DNA from: Vicinamibacterales bacterium
GTDB lineage: Bacteria > Acidobacteriota > Vicinamibacteria > Vicinamibacterales > UBA2999
Assembly (NCBI GenBank): GCA_035263125.1
Contig: DATFRP010000082.1
Coordinates: 4,680-68,679 of the forward strand
DNA length: 64,000 bases
Reading direction: 5' to 3'
Shown piece after piece: positions 26,434 to 35,714 of this stretch (within the stretch, counting starts at the first letter, position 1; each line of letters starts with the position of its first letter). The notes under the pieces were generated by a model that searched no databases, was not told where the DNA came from, and was given only the letters and a program-made list of their open reading frames with translations. Position numbers and translations under genes: made by a program.

Positions 26434-27768
26434 TCAGTTCGGGCGGCTCGGAAGGTCGCTTTTTACCACCCAGCCGCCCTTCATCACGAAGCGTACGCGC
26501 TGTAGCTCGCTGATGTCGGTCAACGGATTCCCTGCTACTGCGATCAGGTCCGCGAGCTTTCCTTTCTCGGTGCTGCCGATGCGATCCACCCAGTTGTAGT
26601 TCAGCATCCGCGCGGTCGGCAGGAACGGCATCTTCAGCGCGTCGACCGGCGTCATGCCCCACTTGATGAAATAGGCGAACTGGTCGGCTTGTCTGCCATG
26701 CGGCACGTCGGCTGATGTGGCGCCGCTTCCGAAGACGAACGTGACGCCCGCGGCCTTGGCTTTCTTGAAGGCCTGTTCGGCCATCTTCAATCGACTGTTC
26801 TTCCCGCCCGTGATCTTCAAGTCGCCCGCTTCGAGCGCGACCAGATCGTCGATCGTCAGCTCGAACGGCAGCTTCCTGTCGACCAGGAGTTTCAGTGACG
26901 TCTCGTCGAGATCGGTGAGGTGGTTCGGCGCGTCGACGCCGGCCTTGAGACAACTGAGCTGCCCTTCCCCGCCGTAGGTGTGACACGCGACCTTCAATCC
27001 AAGGCGATGCGCCTCGTCCACCACCGCCATCACTTCTTCTTCGGTGAGCGACGGGCTGTTGACCAGCGTGCCGTCGGGCTTGAACACGTTGTACTCGTCG
27101 CCAACGTAATCCTGCGTCGTGTAGATCTTCACCCAGTCGACGCCGTGCAGCTTCGCCTCGCGCACCGCTGCGCGCGCGAGCCATGGCGAGTTCGGGTTCT
27201 TGCTCTCGGTGAAGCGATCCTGGAAGCGCTCGAAGAAGGAGGGATACGGACGCGCGGCACGTTGATTGAGCGACTGCCCCACGACCTGCATCCTCGGACC
27301 GAGCAGCACGCCGCGATTGATCGCGTTGCGCAGATCGACTGTGCCGTACCCGCCGCGCGAATCCATGTCGAGCACGGTGGTGAAGCCGGCGTCGAGATCG
27401 GCCTGCGCGTTGGCGACCGCGACGATCGTTCGTGTCGCTTCGGAGAGCTCGTCGGCCGGATACACGTGGACGTGCGCATCAATCATGCCGGGCAGCACCG
27501 TCGCGCTGGTCAGATCGATCACGCGCGCGTCGGAGGGGATCGAGATCGATGGCCCGACGTCCGCAATGCGATCGCCGCGTATGAGGACGATCTGATTTGC
27601 CGCCATCGTGCCGGTTCGGCTGTCGAACAGGCGACCGGCCCGAATGGCGATCGTCTGCGTCGCGGGCGCGAGGAACTTTGCCGGGGCGCTTGCAATGCCG
27701 CCCTGGCCTCGCAAGACTGCCGACAAGCCGACGGCCGCCAACGTCACCGCAAACAGCGCACGACGCAT
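26434..27768 (-). CDS. Exported amidohydrolase family protein
   Basis: ATG at 27768 follows AGGAGG and gives MRRALFAVTLAAVGLSAVLRGQ. Metal motif VLPGMIDAHVHV. The overall fold is amidohydrolase/imidazolonepropionase-like. The track start at 28140 is an over-extension. Confidence 0.8.
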   Translation of the reverse strand: MRRALFAVTLAAVGLSAVLRGQGGIASAPAKFLAPATQTIAIRAGRLFDSRTGTMAANQIVLIRGDRIADVGPSISIPSDARVIDLTSATVLPGMIDAHVHVYPADELSEATRTIVAVANAQADLDAGFTTVLDMDSRGGYGTVDLRNAINRGVLLGPRMQVVGQSLNQRAARPYPSFFERFQDRFTESKNPNSPWLARAAVREAKLHGVDWVKIYTTQDYVGDEYNVFKPDGTLVNSPSLTEEEVMAVVDEAHRLGLKVACHTYGGEGQLSCLKAGVDAPNHLTDLDETSLKLLVDRKLPFELTIDDLVALEAGDLKITGGKNSRLKMAEQAFKKAKAAGVTFVFGSGATSADVPHGRQADQFAYFIKWGMTPVDALKMPFLPTARMLNYNWVDRIGSTEKGKLADLIAVAGNPLTDISELQRVRFVMKGGWVVKSDLPSRPN

Positions 27769-27877
27769 ACGTCCTCCTGTGCACGTAGGGTCCACCTGCA
27801 GGCGGACCTCGCGTTCCAAGGCGGGACTATAGCCTGTATCCTGATTTGCTCGGACCATTGAGACATAATTCGCTGCT

Positions 27878-29047
27878 ATGGCAACAACGGGCGTCACGGC
27901 AGGCACAGATCTCAGGGAACGGGCGAAGGCCGTCGCCCGCATCGCCGACGAACACGCGGCGTACGGCGACAAGGAAGGACGGCTGGCCGAACCGGTCGTC
28001 GAAGCCCTCCATCGCGAAGGCATCTTCGGCATGTGGGTGCCGACGTCCGTCCACGGCGGGGCCGAGCTCGATCCGGTGTCGTCGATCGGCGTGATTGAAA
28101 ACCTCGCGTATGGCGACCCTTCGACCGGATGGGTGCTCATGGCCGCAGCGCTTGCGATCGGAACGGGAGCCGCCTATCTCGAAGACGCAGCGGTCAGCGA
28201 GCTGTTCGGCAAACCGCGGCTGCCCGTGATCGCCGGCCAGGGCACCAGGCCCGGCAAGGCGGTACCGGCCAAGGGGGGCTTCCAGCTCAGTGGCTCGTGG
28301 AGCTTCGCGTCCGGCATCAAGCACGGCTCGCACATCCATACGCTCGGCGTCATCGAGGGCACCGGCGAACCGCGGATCTTCGTGTTGCCGGTTGAAAAAG
28401 CGACGCTCATCGACAACTGGGACGTCCTGGGCCTGCGCGGGACCGGCAGCATCGACTACCACATCGACGACGTCTTCGTGCCGGAGGGGTACACGCACTT
28501 CGCGCTCACCGAAACACCGAAGCGCGGTGGCAGTCTCTACAGCATCGGTGTGATCGGCTTCGCGATCATGTGCCATTCGGGTTGGGCCTGCGGCATCGGC
28601 CGGCGGGTGCTCGACGAGATTGCAGCGGGCGCCAAGAGCAAGATCGGGCGATCGGGCACATTGGCACAGAGCGAGTCGTTCCATCAGAACTACGCGAGGA
28701 TCGAAGGCACCTATCGCGCCGCCCGGGCACTCGTGTACGAAGCATGGAATGATGCGAAGAGCTCGCTCGATCGCGGCGATCGGCTGTCGGTCCGGCAACA
28801 CACGCTGATCCGGCTGGCGATGGCGCACGTGACCTGGTCGGCGCATGAGGCCGCGCTCTTCGCGTACAAGTCGGCTGGCACGATCGCGTTGCGGTCCGGA
28901 ACCCTGCAGCGGCTGTTCCGTGACATGCACGCCGGCACGCAGCACGTGGTCGCGTCGCCGCCGGTGTTTCAAGCGCTCGGACGCGAGCTGGCCGGACTCG
29001 CCGACGGACATCGATGGCAGTTCCTGGATCTCGTCCCGGGTACGTAG
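27878..29047 (+). CDS. Acyl-CoA dehydrogenase-fold flavoenzyme (type-2/HsaA-like monooxygenase family)
   Basis: GFQLSGSWSFASGIKHGSHI and NWDVLGLRGTGSIDYHIDDVFVPEGYT fit the ACAD type-2/two-component monooxygenase oxygenase-subunit pattern. Confidence 0.7.
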   Translation: MATTGVTAGTDLRERAKAVARIADEHAAYGDKEGRLAEPVVEALHREGIFGMWVPTSVHGGAELDPVSSIGVIENLAYGDPSTGWVLMAAALAIGTGAAYLEDAAVSELFGKPRLPVIAGQGTRPGKAVPAKGGFQLSGSWSFASGIKHGSHIHTLGVIEGTGEPRIFVLPVEKATLIDNWDVLGLRGTGSIDYHIDDVFVPEGYTHFALTETPKRGGSLYSIGVIGFAIMCHSGWACGIGRRVLDEIAAGAKSKIGRSGTLAQSESFHQNYARIEGTYRAARALVYEAWNDAKSSLDRGDRLSVRQHTLIRLAMAHVTWSAHEAALFAYKSAGTIALRSGTLQRLFRDMHAGTQHVVASPPVFQALGRELAGLADGHRWQFLDLVPGT

Positions 29048-29093
29048 TACACGGCTTCAGCCCTGGTACGTAGTGTCCGGCGTTAGCCGGACC
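29036..29093. repeat. Tandem pair of REP-like units (second is the inverted GGTCCGGC...ACTACGT element)
   Basis: GGTACGTAGTACACGGCTTCAGCCCTG + GTACGTAGTGTCCGGCGTTAGCCGGACC. The first unit supplies the TAG stop of the preceding gene. Confidence 0.7.
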
Positions 29094-29105
29094 AACCTTG
29101 GCCTC

Positions 29106-30308
29106 ATGCCATCAACGCTCACACATCTCGAGTGCTCACGGCCGACATGTCGAGCGATCGCCGACCAGTCGCGCAGACAGAACCTCTGCGCGACGTGTCA
29201 GGCGCCTCTCCTCGCGCGATATGACCTCGCGACCGCGCGCCGGACGTTGACGCGCAACGCGCTCGCCTCACGCGTGCATTCGATGTGGCGCTATGAGGAG
29301 GTGCTGCCCGGCGGCGCTCCAGTCACACTCGGCGAGGGCATGACGCCGCTCATCCATGCTCGTCGTCTCGGCAACGAGCTCGGTCTCGAGCGGCTGTACA
29401 TCAAAGAAGAAGGGCAGAACCCGACGAACTCGTTCAAAGCGCGCGGGCTGTCGGCCGCGGTGACAATGGCCAAAGCGCTCGGCGTGGAAACGATCGCGCT
29501 CCCCACCGCCGGCAATGCCGGCGGCGCTGCGGCGGCGTACGCGGCACGTGCGGGCCTGAACTGTGTGGTCGCGATGCCGGCGGATACACCCGCAGCGATC
29601 GTGCTCGAAACACGCGCCTGCGGCGCGGACGTTCGATTGATCGACGGACTCATCTCCGACTGCGGCGCGTTCATCGCGGAGCACGCTGCGACGCACGGTT
29701 GGTATGAAGTATCGACGTTGAAGGAACCTTATCGGATCGAAGGCAAGAAGACGATGGGGTACGAGCTGTGGGAGGAGTTCGACGGCGCGTTACCAGACGT
29801 GATCGTCTACCCCACCGGCGGAGGCGTCGGCCTCATCGGCATGTGGAAGGCATTCGAAGAACTCGAGACGATGGGCCTGACCGGCAGTCATCGTCCGCGC
29901 ATGATCGCGGCACAAGCCGAGGGCTGTGCGCCGATCGTGAAGGCGTTCGAGCAGCACGCCGCTTCGTCCGTCAAATGGGAGAACGCAACGACCGTCGCGG
30001 CCGGCCTCCGCGTGCCGAAAGCACTCGGCGATTTCATCATCCTCGCGGACATCTACGAGAGTCACGGCGAGGCGGTCGCAGTGAGCGACGAGGCGCTGAT
30101 GTCCGCGTGCCGAGAGATGGCGCGGCTCGAAGGCATCTTCGCGGCACCCGAAGGCGGCGCCGGGCTCGCTGCGATTCAAAAACTCGTGAGTGAAGGAACA
30201 ATCGGGCACCAAGAGTCGATCGTGCTCTTCAATACGGGCAGCGGCTACAAGTATCTCGAGGCTTGGCGGGACGCCGTCGGTATCCTCCGCGACCCGGACC
30301 TACAATGA
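29106..30308 (+). CDS. thrC: Threonine synthase-like PLP enzyme with N-terminal zinc ribbon
   Basis: ATG at 29106 gives MPSTLTHLECSRPTCRAIADQSRRQNLCATCQAPLLARYD. PLP-lysine motif NPTNSFKARG. Also GNAGGAAAAYAARAG and TGSGYKY. Confidence 0.75.
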   Translation: MPSTLTHLECSRPTCRAIADQSRRQNLCATCQAPLLARYDLATARRTLTRNALASRVHSMWRYEEVLPGGAPVTLGEGMTPLIHARRLGNELGLERLYIKEEGQNPTNSFKARGLSAAVTMAKALGVETIALPTAGNAGGAAAAYAARAGLNCVVAMPADTPAAIVLETRACGADVRLIDGLISDCGAFIAEHAATHGWYEVSTLKEPYRIEGKKTMGYELWEEFDGALPDVIVYPTGGGVGLIGMWKAFEELETMGLTGSHRPRMIAAQAEGCAPIVKAFEQHAASSVKWENATTVAAGLRVPKALGDFIILADIYESHGEAVAVSDEALMSACREMARLEGIFAAPEGGAGLAAIQKLVSEGTIGHQESIVLFNTGSGYKYLEAWRDAVGILRDPDLQ

Positions 30309-30320
30309 GGGCGAGCGGCC

Positions 30321-31712
30321 ATGAGTACTGCCCCTGCTCTTCCGCGCATCGAGCTCACGGTGAACGGAGAGCACGTCGCTGTCGAGTCGGCGGCGTCTCA
30401 CGTCACGCTGCTCGACTTCCTCCGCGCCCGCGGCCTCACCGGCGCAAAGGAAGGATGCGCCGAGGGCGAATGCGGTGCGTGCACGGTGGTGATGGTCGCC
30501 GACGAAGGCGGCCGCGCCGCGTACCGCGCGGTGAACAGCTGCCTGGTCCTGCTTCCGACTGCCGCACATCACGAGCTCTACACCGTCGAGTCGCTCGCCT
30601 CGTCCGGGGCGCTCGCCGACGTACAGAAAGCGATGGCCGCGGGCGGAGGATCACAATGCGGCTACTGCACGCCCGGCTTCGTGATGAGCCTGTTTGCCGA
30701 GCACTATCGACCCGACCGCACGGGCCCGTGCGATCCGCACGCGATGGCGGGCAACCTGTGCCGCTGCACCGGGTATCGACCGATTCGTGATGCGGCGCTC
30801 GCCCTTGGACCCGCACCAGCCGACGCTTTTCACGATCGCCTTCATCGTCCGGCGCCAGTTCTCGAGTCGATCACCTCAGACTCCTATTCACGTCCCACCA
30901 CGATCGCGGCGTGCGTCGAGATCCTCGCGTCTCACCCGCAGGCCACCTTGATTGCCGGAGGATCGGATCTCGGCGTCGAGTCCAACCTGCGCTCGCGGCG
31001 TTTCGCTCACCTGGTGAGCGTGGACGCGATCGACGAACTACACGAGTTCTCCGCGACAGAGACACGTGTTCGCATTGGCGCGGCGATGCCGCTCACTGAC
31101 ATCGCGCGGCTCTGGCACGATGCGCCGCCCGCCTTCAGCGAATGGATCACGCTGTTTGCTTCGCCGCCGATCCGTAATCGCGCGACGCTCGGTGGGAACC
31201 TCGCGACCGCGTCTCCCATCGGCGACGCCGCACCACTGCTGATGGCGCTCGACGCACACGTTGTGATCGCGGGACCGAACGGTCGACGGGCGCTCGACCT
31301 CGCGTCCTTCTTCACCGGCTACCGGAAGACGGTGCTGCGATCGGGCGAGCTGATCACGGCGATCGAGATTCCGCGGCCATGGCCGCGTCAGGTGTCCTTC
31401 TACAAAGTGTCCAAGCGACGCCTCGACGACATCAGCACGGTCGCCGCGGCATTCTCGATGGAATGGGATGGCGCCGGCCGGGTGCGCCGTGCGCGATTCG
31501 CTTTCGGAGGAGTGGCGGCCACACCGCTGCGCCTGAGAGACGTCGAAGACGCGGTGTCGGGTCAGGCGTGGAACGAATCCGCCGTCGAGCGTGCGCAGCG
31601 TGTCATCGGACGCACACTGACCCCGCTCTCGGACGTTCGCGGCTCGAAGGAGTACCGGCTCGACGTCGCGAAGTGCCTGGTCGAGAAGTTCTACTGGGAG
31701 ACACGATCGTGA
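30321..31712 (+). CDS. xdhA: Xanthine dehydrogenase small subunit (2x[2Fe-2S] + FAD domain)
   Basis: GCAEGECGACTV and CGYCTPGF iron-sulfur motifs, followed by an FAD-binding domain (LIAGGSDLGVE). The 463-aa size fits the XdhA architecture. Confidence 0.85.
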   Translation: MSTAPALPRIELTVNGEHVAVESAASHVTLLDFLRARGLTGAKEGCAEGECGACTVVMVADEGGRAAYRAVNSCLVLLPTAAHHELYTVESLASSGALADVQKAMAAGGGSQCGYCTPGFVMSLFAEHYRPDRTGPCDPHAMAGNLCRCTGYRPIRDAALALGPAPADAFHDRLHRPAPVLESITSDSYSRPTTIAACVEILASHPQATLIAGGSDLGVESNLRSRRFAHLVSVDAIDELHEFSATETRVRIGAAMPLTDIARLWHDAPPAFSEWITLFASPPIRNRATLGGNLATASPIGDAAPLLMALDAHVVIAGPNGRRALDLASFFTGYRKTVLRSGELITAIEIPRPWPRQVSFYKVSKRRLDDISTVAAAFSMEWDGAGRVRRARFAFGGVAATPLRLRDVEDAVSGQAWNESAVERAQRVIGRTLTPLSDVRGSKEYRLDVAKCLVEKFYWETRS

Positions 31713-34015
31713 GCGTGCCGCACGAGAGCGCACACGGGCACGTCACGGGCGAAGCGATCTACACCGATGACGCGATCGCACGTCATCCGGGCCTGCTCCA
31801 CGCATGGCCCGTGCTCGCGCCCCATGCCCACGCGATGGTCACATCGCTCGATGCCACGCCGGTACTCGCCGAACCCGGCGTGGTCGCCGTGCTCACCGGC
31901 GCCGATGTGCCAGGCGAGGGCGACACGGGCGCGAACAGGCGCGACGAGCCGATGTTTCCGACCGAGGTGATGTTCTTCAGTCAACCGGTCGCGTGGGTGC
32001 TCGCCACGACGCTCGACGCGGCACGCCAGGGCGCGGCTCGGATGAACGTGACCTATAGCGCGCTGCCGGCCATCCTGACGATCGAGCAGGCGATTGCCGC
32101 GAACAGCTATCTCGCGGGGCCGCTTCGAATCGCCAGCGGCGACATGTCCGTGCTGGCCTCGAGCGCTCTACGCATCGACGATGAGCTCGACATCGGCGGT
32201 CAGGAGCATTTCTATCTCGAAACGCAGTCGGCGATCGCCTGGATCGACGAGAGCGGCGGCGTCGCCGTGCAATCTTCGACACAGCATCCAGCCGAGACGC
32301 AGGAAGTCGTCGCGCGTGTGCTGGGCCTCCCGAAGCATCAGATCACCGTCGAATGCCTTCGCATGGGCGGCGCCTTCGGCGGCAAGGAGGTCCAGGCCAA
32401 CGTATGGGCCGCGGTCGCCGCACTTGGCGCCTGCAAGACGCGACGGCCGGTGCGCGTTCGGCTGACGCGCGCGCTCGATGTCGCGCTCACCGGCAAGCGT
32501 CATCCGTATCTCGCGCGGTATTCGGCAGGCCTGGCATCCGACGGACGACTCGAAGCACTTCGGCTCGAGCTCTTCTCGGACGGCGGCTGGAGTCTGGATC
32601 TCTCGGAGCCGGTGATGTGGCGGTCGCTGTTCCATTGCGACAACGCCTATCGCATTCCGGCGATCGAGGTGACCGGCCGCGTCTGCCGGACCCACAAGAC
32701 CTCGCAGACCGCCTTCCGGGGATTCGGCGGACCGCAGGCGATGCTCGTCATCGAAGACATCCTGTCACGAGCCGCCCGGCGGCTCTCGATCCCAGCCGCC
32801 GTGATCCGCGAACGCAACTTCTATCGCGACGGCGACGTGACGCACTATGGCCAGCAGGTCGATGAAGCACGCCGGATGAGCGTGATCTGGACCGAGCTCA
32901 AGAAGACGAGCGGGTTCGACGTGCGTCGCGCGGAGATCGATCGCGTGAACCAGACCACCCCGCATCGCAAGCGCGGCCTCGCGATCACGCCGGTGAAATT
33001 CGGCATCTCGTTCACCGCGACCTTTTTCAACCAGGGCGGCGCGCTGGTGCTCGTGTACCGGGACGGCAGCGTCCAGGTCAATCACGGCGGCACCGAGATG
33101 GGCCAGGGACTCGTCACGAAGGTCCGCCAGATCGCCGCGCGGCTGCTGGGCGTCTCGCCCGATCGCATTCGCATGATGGCGACCCGCACCGACAAGGTGC
33201 CGAACACATCGGCGACCGCGGCATCGGCCGGGACGGATCTCAACGGCGCGGCCGTCGCCGATGCCTGCGCTCAGATCCGCAGCCGGCTTCTTCCGGTCGC
33301 GGCATCAGTACTCGAATGCGATCCGACAGCGGTCCGATTCGACCATGACATGGTTGTGGGCGGCGAGCGCGCACGCACGTTTGCAGCGGTCTGCGAAGCG
33401 GCGTATCGCCAGCGCATTCCGCTGTTCGCGCAGGGCTACTACCGCACGCCGAACATCCACTTCGATCAGGCGACCGGGCGCGGCCGGCCGTTCCACTATT
33501 TCGTCTTCGGTGCCGCCGTCTCAGAGGTGGAGGTCGACGGATTCACTGGCGCCTGTCGTCTCCTGCGCACCGACATCCTTGAAGACGTCGGCGATTCGAT
33601 CTCGGAGATCGTCGATCGCGGTCAGATCGAAGGCGGGTTCGTCCAGGGCGTCGGGTGGTTGACGATCGAGGAATTGCTGTGGGACGCACAAGGCCGCGTG
33701 GCCAGCGCGGGAGCGTCGACGTACAAGTTGCCCTCGTGGTCCGAGATGCCCGAGGTCTTCAACGTCAGCTTCCTCGAACGCGCATCACAGCCCGACGTCG
33801 TCTTTGGCAGCAAAGCCGTCGGTGAGCCACCGCTGATGCTCGCCATCTCTGTGCGCGAAGCCATTCGCGATGCAATCGCGGCATTCGGGCATGGAGAGGA
33901 AGTGAGACTACACAGCCCCGCGACGCCTGAGCGGATCTTCTTTGCTGTGCAGCGAGTACGCGCCGAGGCGGTTCGGGGCTTGAAGGAACCGGAGGTGACG
34001 GAGGTAACGGACTAA
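31709..34015 (+). CDS. xdhB: Xanthine dehydrogenase molybdopterin-binding subunit
   Basis: GTG at 31709 overlaps the xdhA stop (GTGA) and gives VSVPHESAHGHVTGEAIYTDD. Also GGAFGGKE, FRGFGGPQ and GTEMGQG motifs. The track start at 31379 lies inside xdhA. Confidence 0.85.
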   Translation: MSVPHESAHGHVTGEAIYTDDAIARHPGLLHAWPVLAPHAHAMVTSLDATPVLAEPGVVAVLTGADVPGEGDTGANRRDEPMFPTEVMFFSQPVAWVLATTLDAARQGAARMNVTYSALPAILTIEQAIAANSYLAGPLRIASGDMSVLASSALRIDDELDIGGQEHFYLETQSAIAWIDESGGVAVQSSTQHPAETQEVVARVLGLPKHQITVECLRMGGAFGGKEVQANVWAAVAALGACKTRRPVRVRLTRALDVALTGKRHPYLARYSAGLASDGRLEALRLELFSDGGWSLDLSEPVMWRSLFHCDNAYRIPAIEVTGRVCRTHKTSQTAFRGFGGPQAMLVIEDILSRAARRLSIPAAVIRERNFYRDGDVTHYGQQVDEARRMSVIWTELKKTSGFDVRRAEIDRVNQTTPHRKRGLAITPVKFGISFTATFFNQGGALVLVYRDGSVQVNHGGTEMGQGLVTKVRQIAARLLGVSPDRIRMMATRTDKVPNTSATAASAGTDLNGAAVADACAQIRSRLLPVAASVLECDPTAVRFDHDMVVGGERARTFAAVCEAAYRQRIPLFAQGYYRTPNIHFDQATGRGRPFHYFVFGAAVSEVEVDGFTGACRLLRTDILEDVGDSISEIVDRGQIEGGFVQGVGWLTIEELLWDAQGRVASAGASTYKLPSWSEMPEVFNVSFLERASQPDVVFGSKAVGEPPLMLAISVREAIRDAIAAFGHGEEVRLHSPATPERIFFAVQRVRAEAVRGLKEPEVTEVTD

Positions 34016-34107
34016 CAGGAGGAACGGAGGAACGGAGAGATCATTTACTATTTCTCCGTTCCTCCGTTTCTCCTGTTAATCCGTTTCCTCCGACCAGCTC
34101 CGTTAAC
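33985..34107. repeat. 'ACGGAGG' family hairpin overlapping the xdhB 3' end
   Basis: GGAACCGGAGGTGACGGAGGTAACGGACTAACAGGAGGAACGGAGGAACGGAGAGA-tcatttactat-TTCTCCGTTCCTCCGTTTCTCCTGTTAATCCGTTTCCTCCGACCAGCTCCGTTAAC. Confidence 0.85.
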
Positions 34108-34232
34108 TCACGCCGACGACGATTGTGATTCGGACCGTCACATTTCGGCACACGACGGATGGGAGATCGGTGCCGTTCTGCACCGGAGTGCACTCTTCGG
34201 CTCAGGTACCTGAATTGCGATCGGGCGCACGC

Positions 34233-35117
34233 ATGAGTTCCACAGATCGGCGGGCGACGTCATTCGTGTGCGCGGCGTTTCTTCTTGGCGGCCTTGCCGC
34301 CGGGGGCCCTCTTCGCGATGTGTGGGTACCGATCGCGCGCGCCATCGGCCTCGAGGCAGAAATGACGCCGGCATCGGCCAACGTCCTCTCGGAACACGAG
34401 CTCGACGACCTCGATGAGATGACGCCTCAGAATCAGGCCGAGCTCCTGCTCGACCGCTCGATCAATCACTATCGCGGCGCGAACGAGGCCATCGCGGCGC
34501 GCGTGAAGCGCTGGCGCGGCAGAATCGAATTGGATCAGCGGCTGAACAAGTTGTTCGTGACTGCGATCAACTCCGACGATCTCACGGTGCGAACCGCCGG
34601 AATCGAAGTCGATATCGCGGCGCGCAATCTGGTGAAGGATGCGTCAACCGTCGACCGCCTCGAAGCGACGGCGCTCGAGGCCGAGCACGGTCCACGCGTG
34701 AACGCTATGTGGGATCTCGCGCTGATTGGCAACCGGGGCGTCGAGCGCGACCGCGTCTTCGACATCCTCATGGCCGCGCTCCACGACGACAACCAGAGCA
34801 TCCGCTACTGGGCGGTCGAGGGCCTCGCCTACCTCGCCACCGACTCCGCGATCGAGCCGCTGCTCGACATGTTCCACGACGATCCATCGCCGACGGTCCG
34901 CGAACGAGCCGCACGCGGTCTCGCGCAGTCTGGCATGTTCAGCGCCGACCAGCGCCGCACCGCGATCCCTCGACTCCTCGATTTCGCTGGAGACGGCGCG
35001 CTCGACGCCCAGACTCACTCGTGGGCGTTCCAGGCGCTGCGCGACATCACGGGCGAGACGCTGCCACACGACGCGCTGGCGTGGCGCGAGTGGTACGGCG
35101 CTTGGCGGCGTAGATAG
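34233..35117 (+). CDS. HEAT-repeat protein with N-terminal membrane anchor
   Basis: MSSTDRRATSFVCAAFLLGGLAAGG, then HEAT-like units (DDNQSIRYWAVEGLAYLATDSAIEPLLDMFHDDPSPTVRERAARGLAQSG). Confidence 0.7.
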   Translation: MSSTDRRATSFVCAAFLLGGLAAGGPLRDVWVPIARAIGLEAEMTPASANVLSEHELDDLDEMTPQNQAELLLDRSINHYRGANEAIAARVKRWRGRIELDQRLNKLFVTAINSDDLTVRTAGIEVDIAARNLVKDASTVDRLEATALEAEHGPRVNAMWDLALIGNRGVERDRVFDILMAALHDDNQSIRYWAVEGLAYLATDSAIEPLLDMFHDDPSPTVRERAARGLAQSGMFSADQRRTAIPRLLDFAGDGALDAQTHSWAFQALRDITGETLPHDALAWREWYGAWRRR

Positions 35118-35135
35118 GGCCGGAGTCACGCCCCC

Positions 35136-35567
35136 TTACTGCCGTCGCATCGCCTCGGTAACCACGCCCACGCGTTGCACCCCTGCCCCCTTCGCAGCGT
35201 CGATCACCGTCACGATCTCGCCATAGCGCAGGCTGCCGGACGCCATGATGAAGAGCGTCTTGTCGCTGCGCGTGGCAAAGACCTCACGCAGCCGCGATTC
35301 GAGATCGGCATGGGCGACATCCTGTTTGTTGATCGACAGGCGTTTGTCGCTCGTGTACTCGAGCACGATCTGCCTCGGTGATGGCGCATCCACAGGCGGT
35401 GTCGGCGCAGGCAGATCGACGTCGATGCCTCGCTGATTCAGCGGCAGCGTCACCATGAAGATCACGAGCAGCACGTCGATCATCGGCGTGATGTTCATCG
35501 CCGCACTGGCGCGAGGGAGTTTGCCGGTCACGACCACTTCAGCTCCGTGATGCTGGTGCGCGCTCAT
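35136..35567 (-). CDS. exbD: ExbD/TolR family biopolymer transport protein
   Basis: ATG at 35567 after AAGGAG. NITPMIDVLLVIFMVTLPL, then a periplasmic domain (IVLEYTSDKRLSINKQDV...TLFIMASGSLRYGEIVTVIDAAKGAG). Confidence 0.85.
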   Translation of the reverse strand: MSAHQHHGAEVVVTGKLPRASAAMNITPMIDVLLVIFMVTLPLNQRGIDVDLPAPTPPVDAPSPRQIVLEYTSDKRLSINKQDVAHADLESRLREVFATRSDKTLFIMASGSLRYGEIVTVIDAAKGAGVQRVGVVTEAMRRQ

Positions 35568-35714
35568 CGCCGACTCCTTGCCCATCCCTCGCGTCATACA
35601 GATAGACACCGAAAAAAGAACTTGGGTCCCACTTGCCCCACCGCGCCGAAGGCGCGCCCCCTTCCACCGGGAGCGGTTATGATCGGGCGTCTCTTGCATT
35701 GTCTGGAGGTCACC

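Noticed and set aside
27827-29011. 394-aa minus-strand ORF
   Set aside because: It is antisense to the ACAD-fold gene, which has clear family motifs and a proper start. The minus frame is Arg/His-rich junk.
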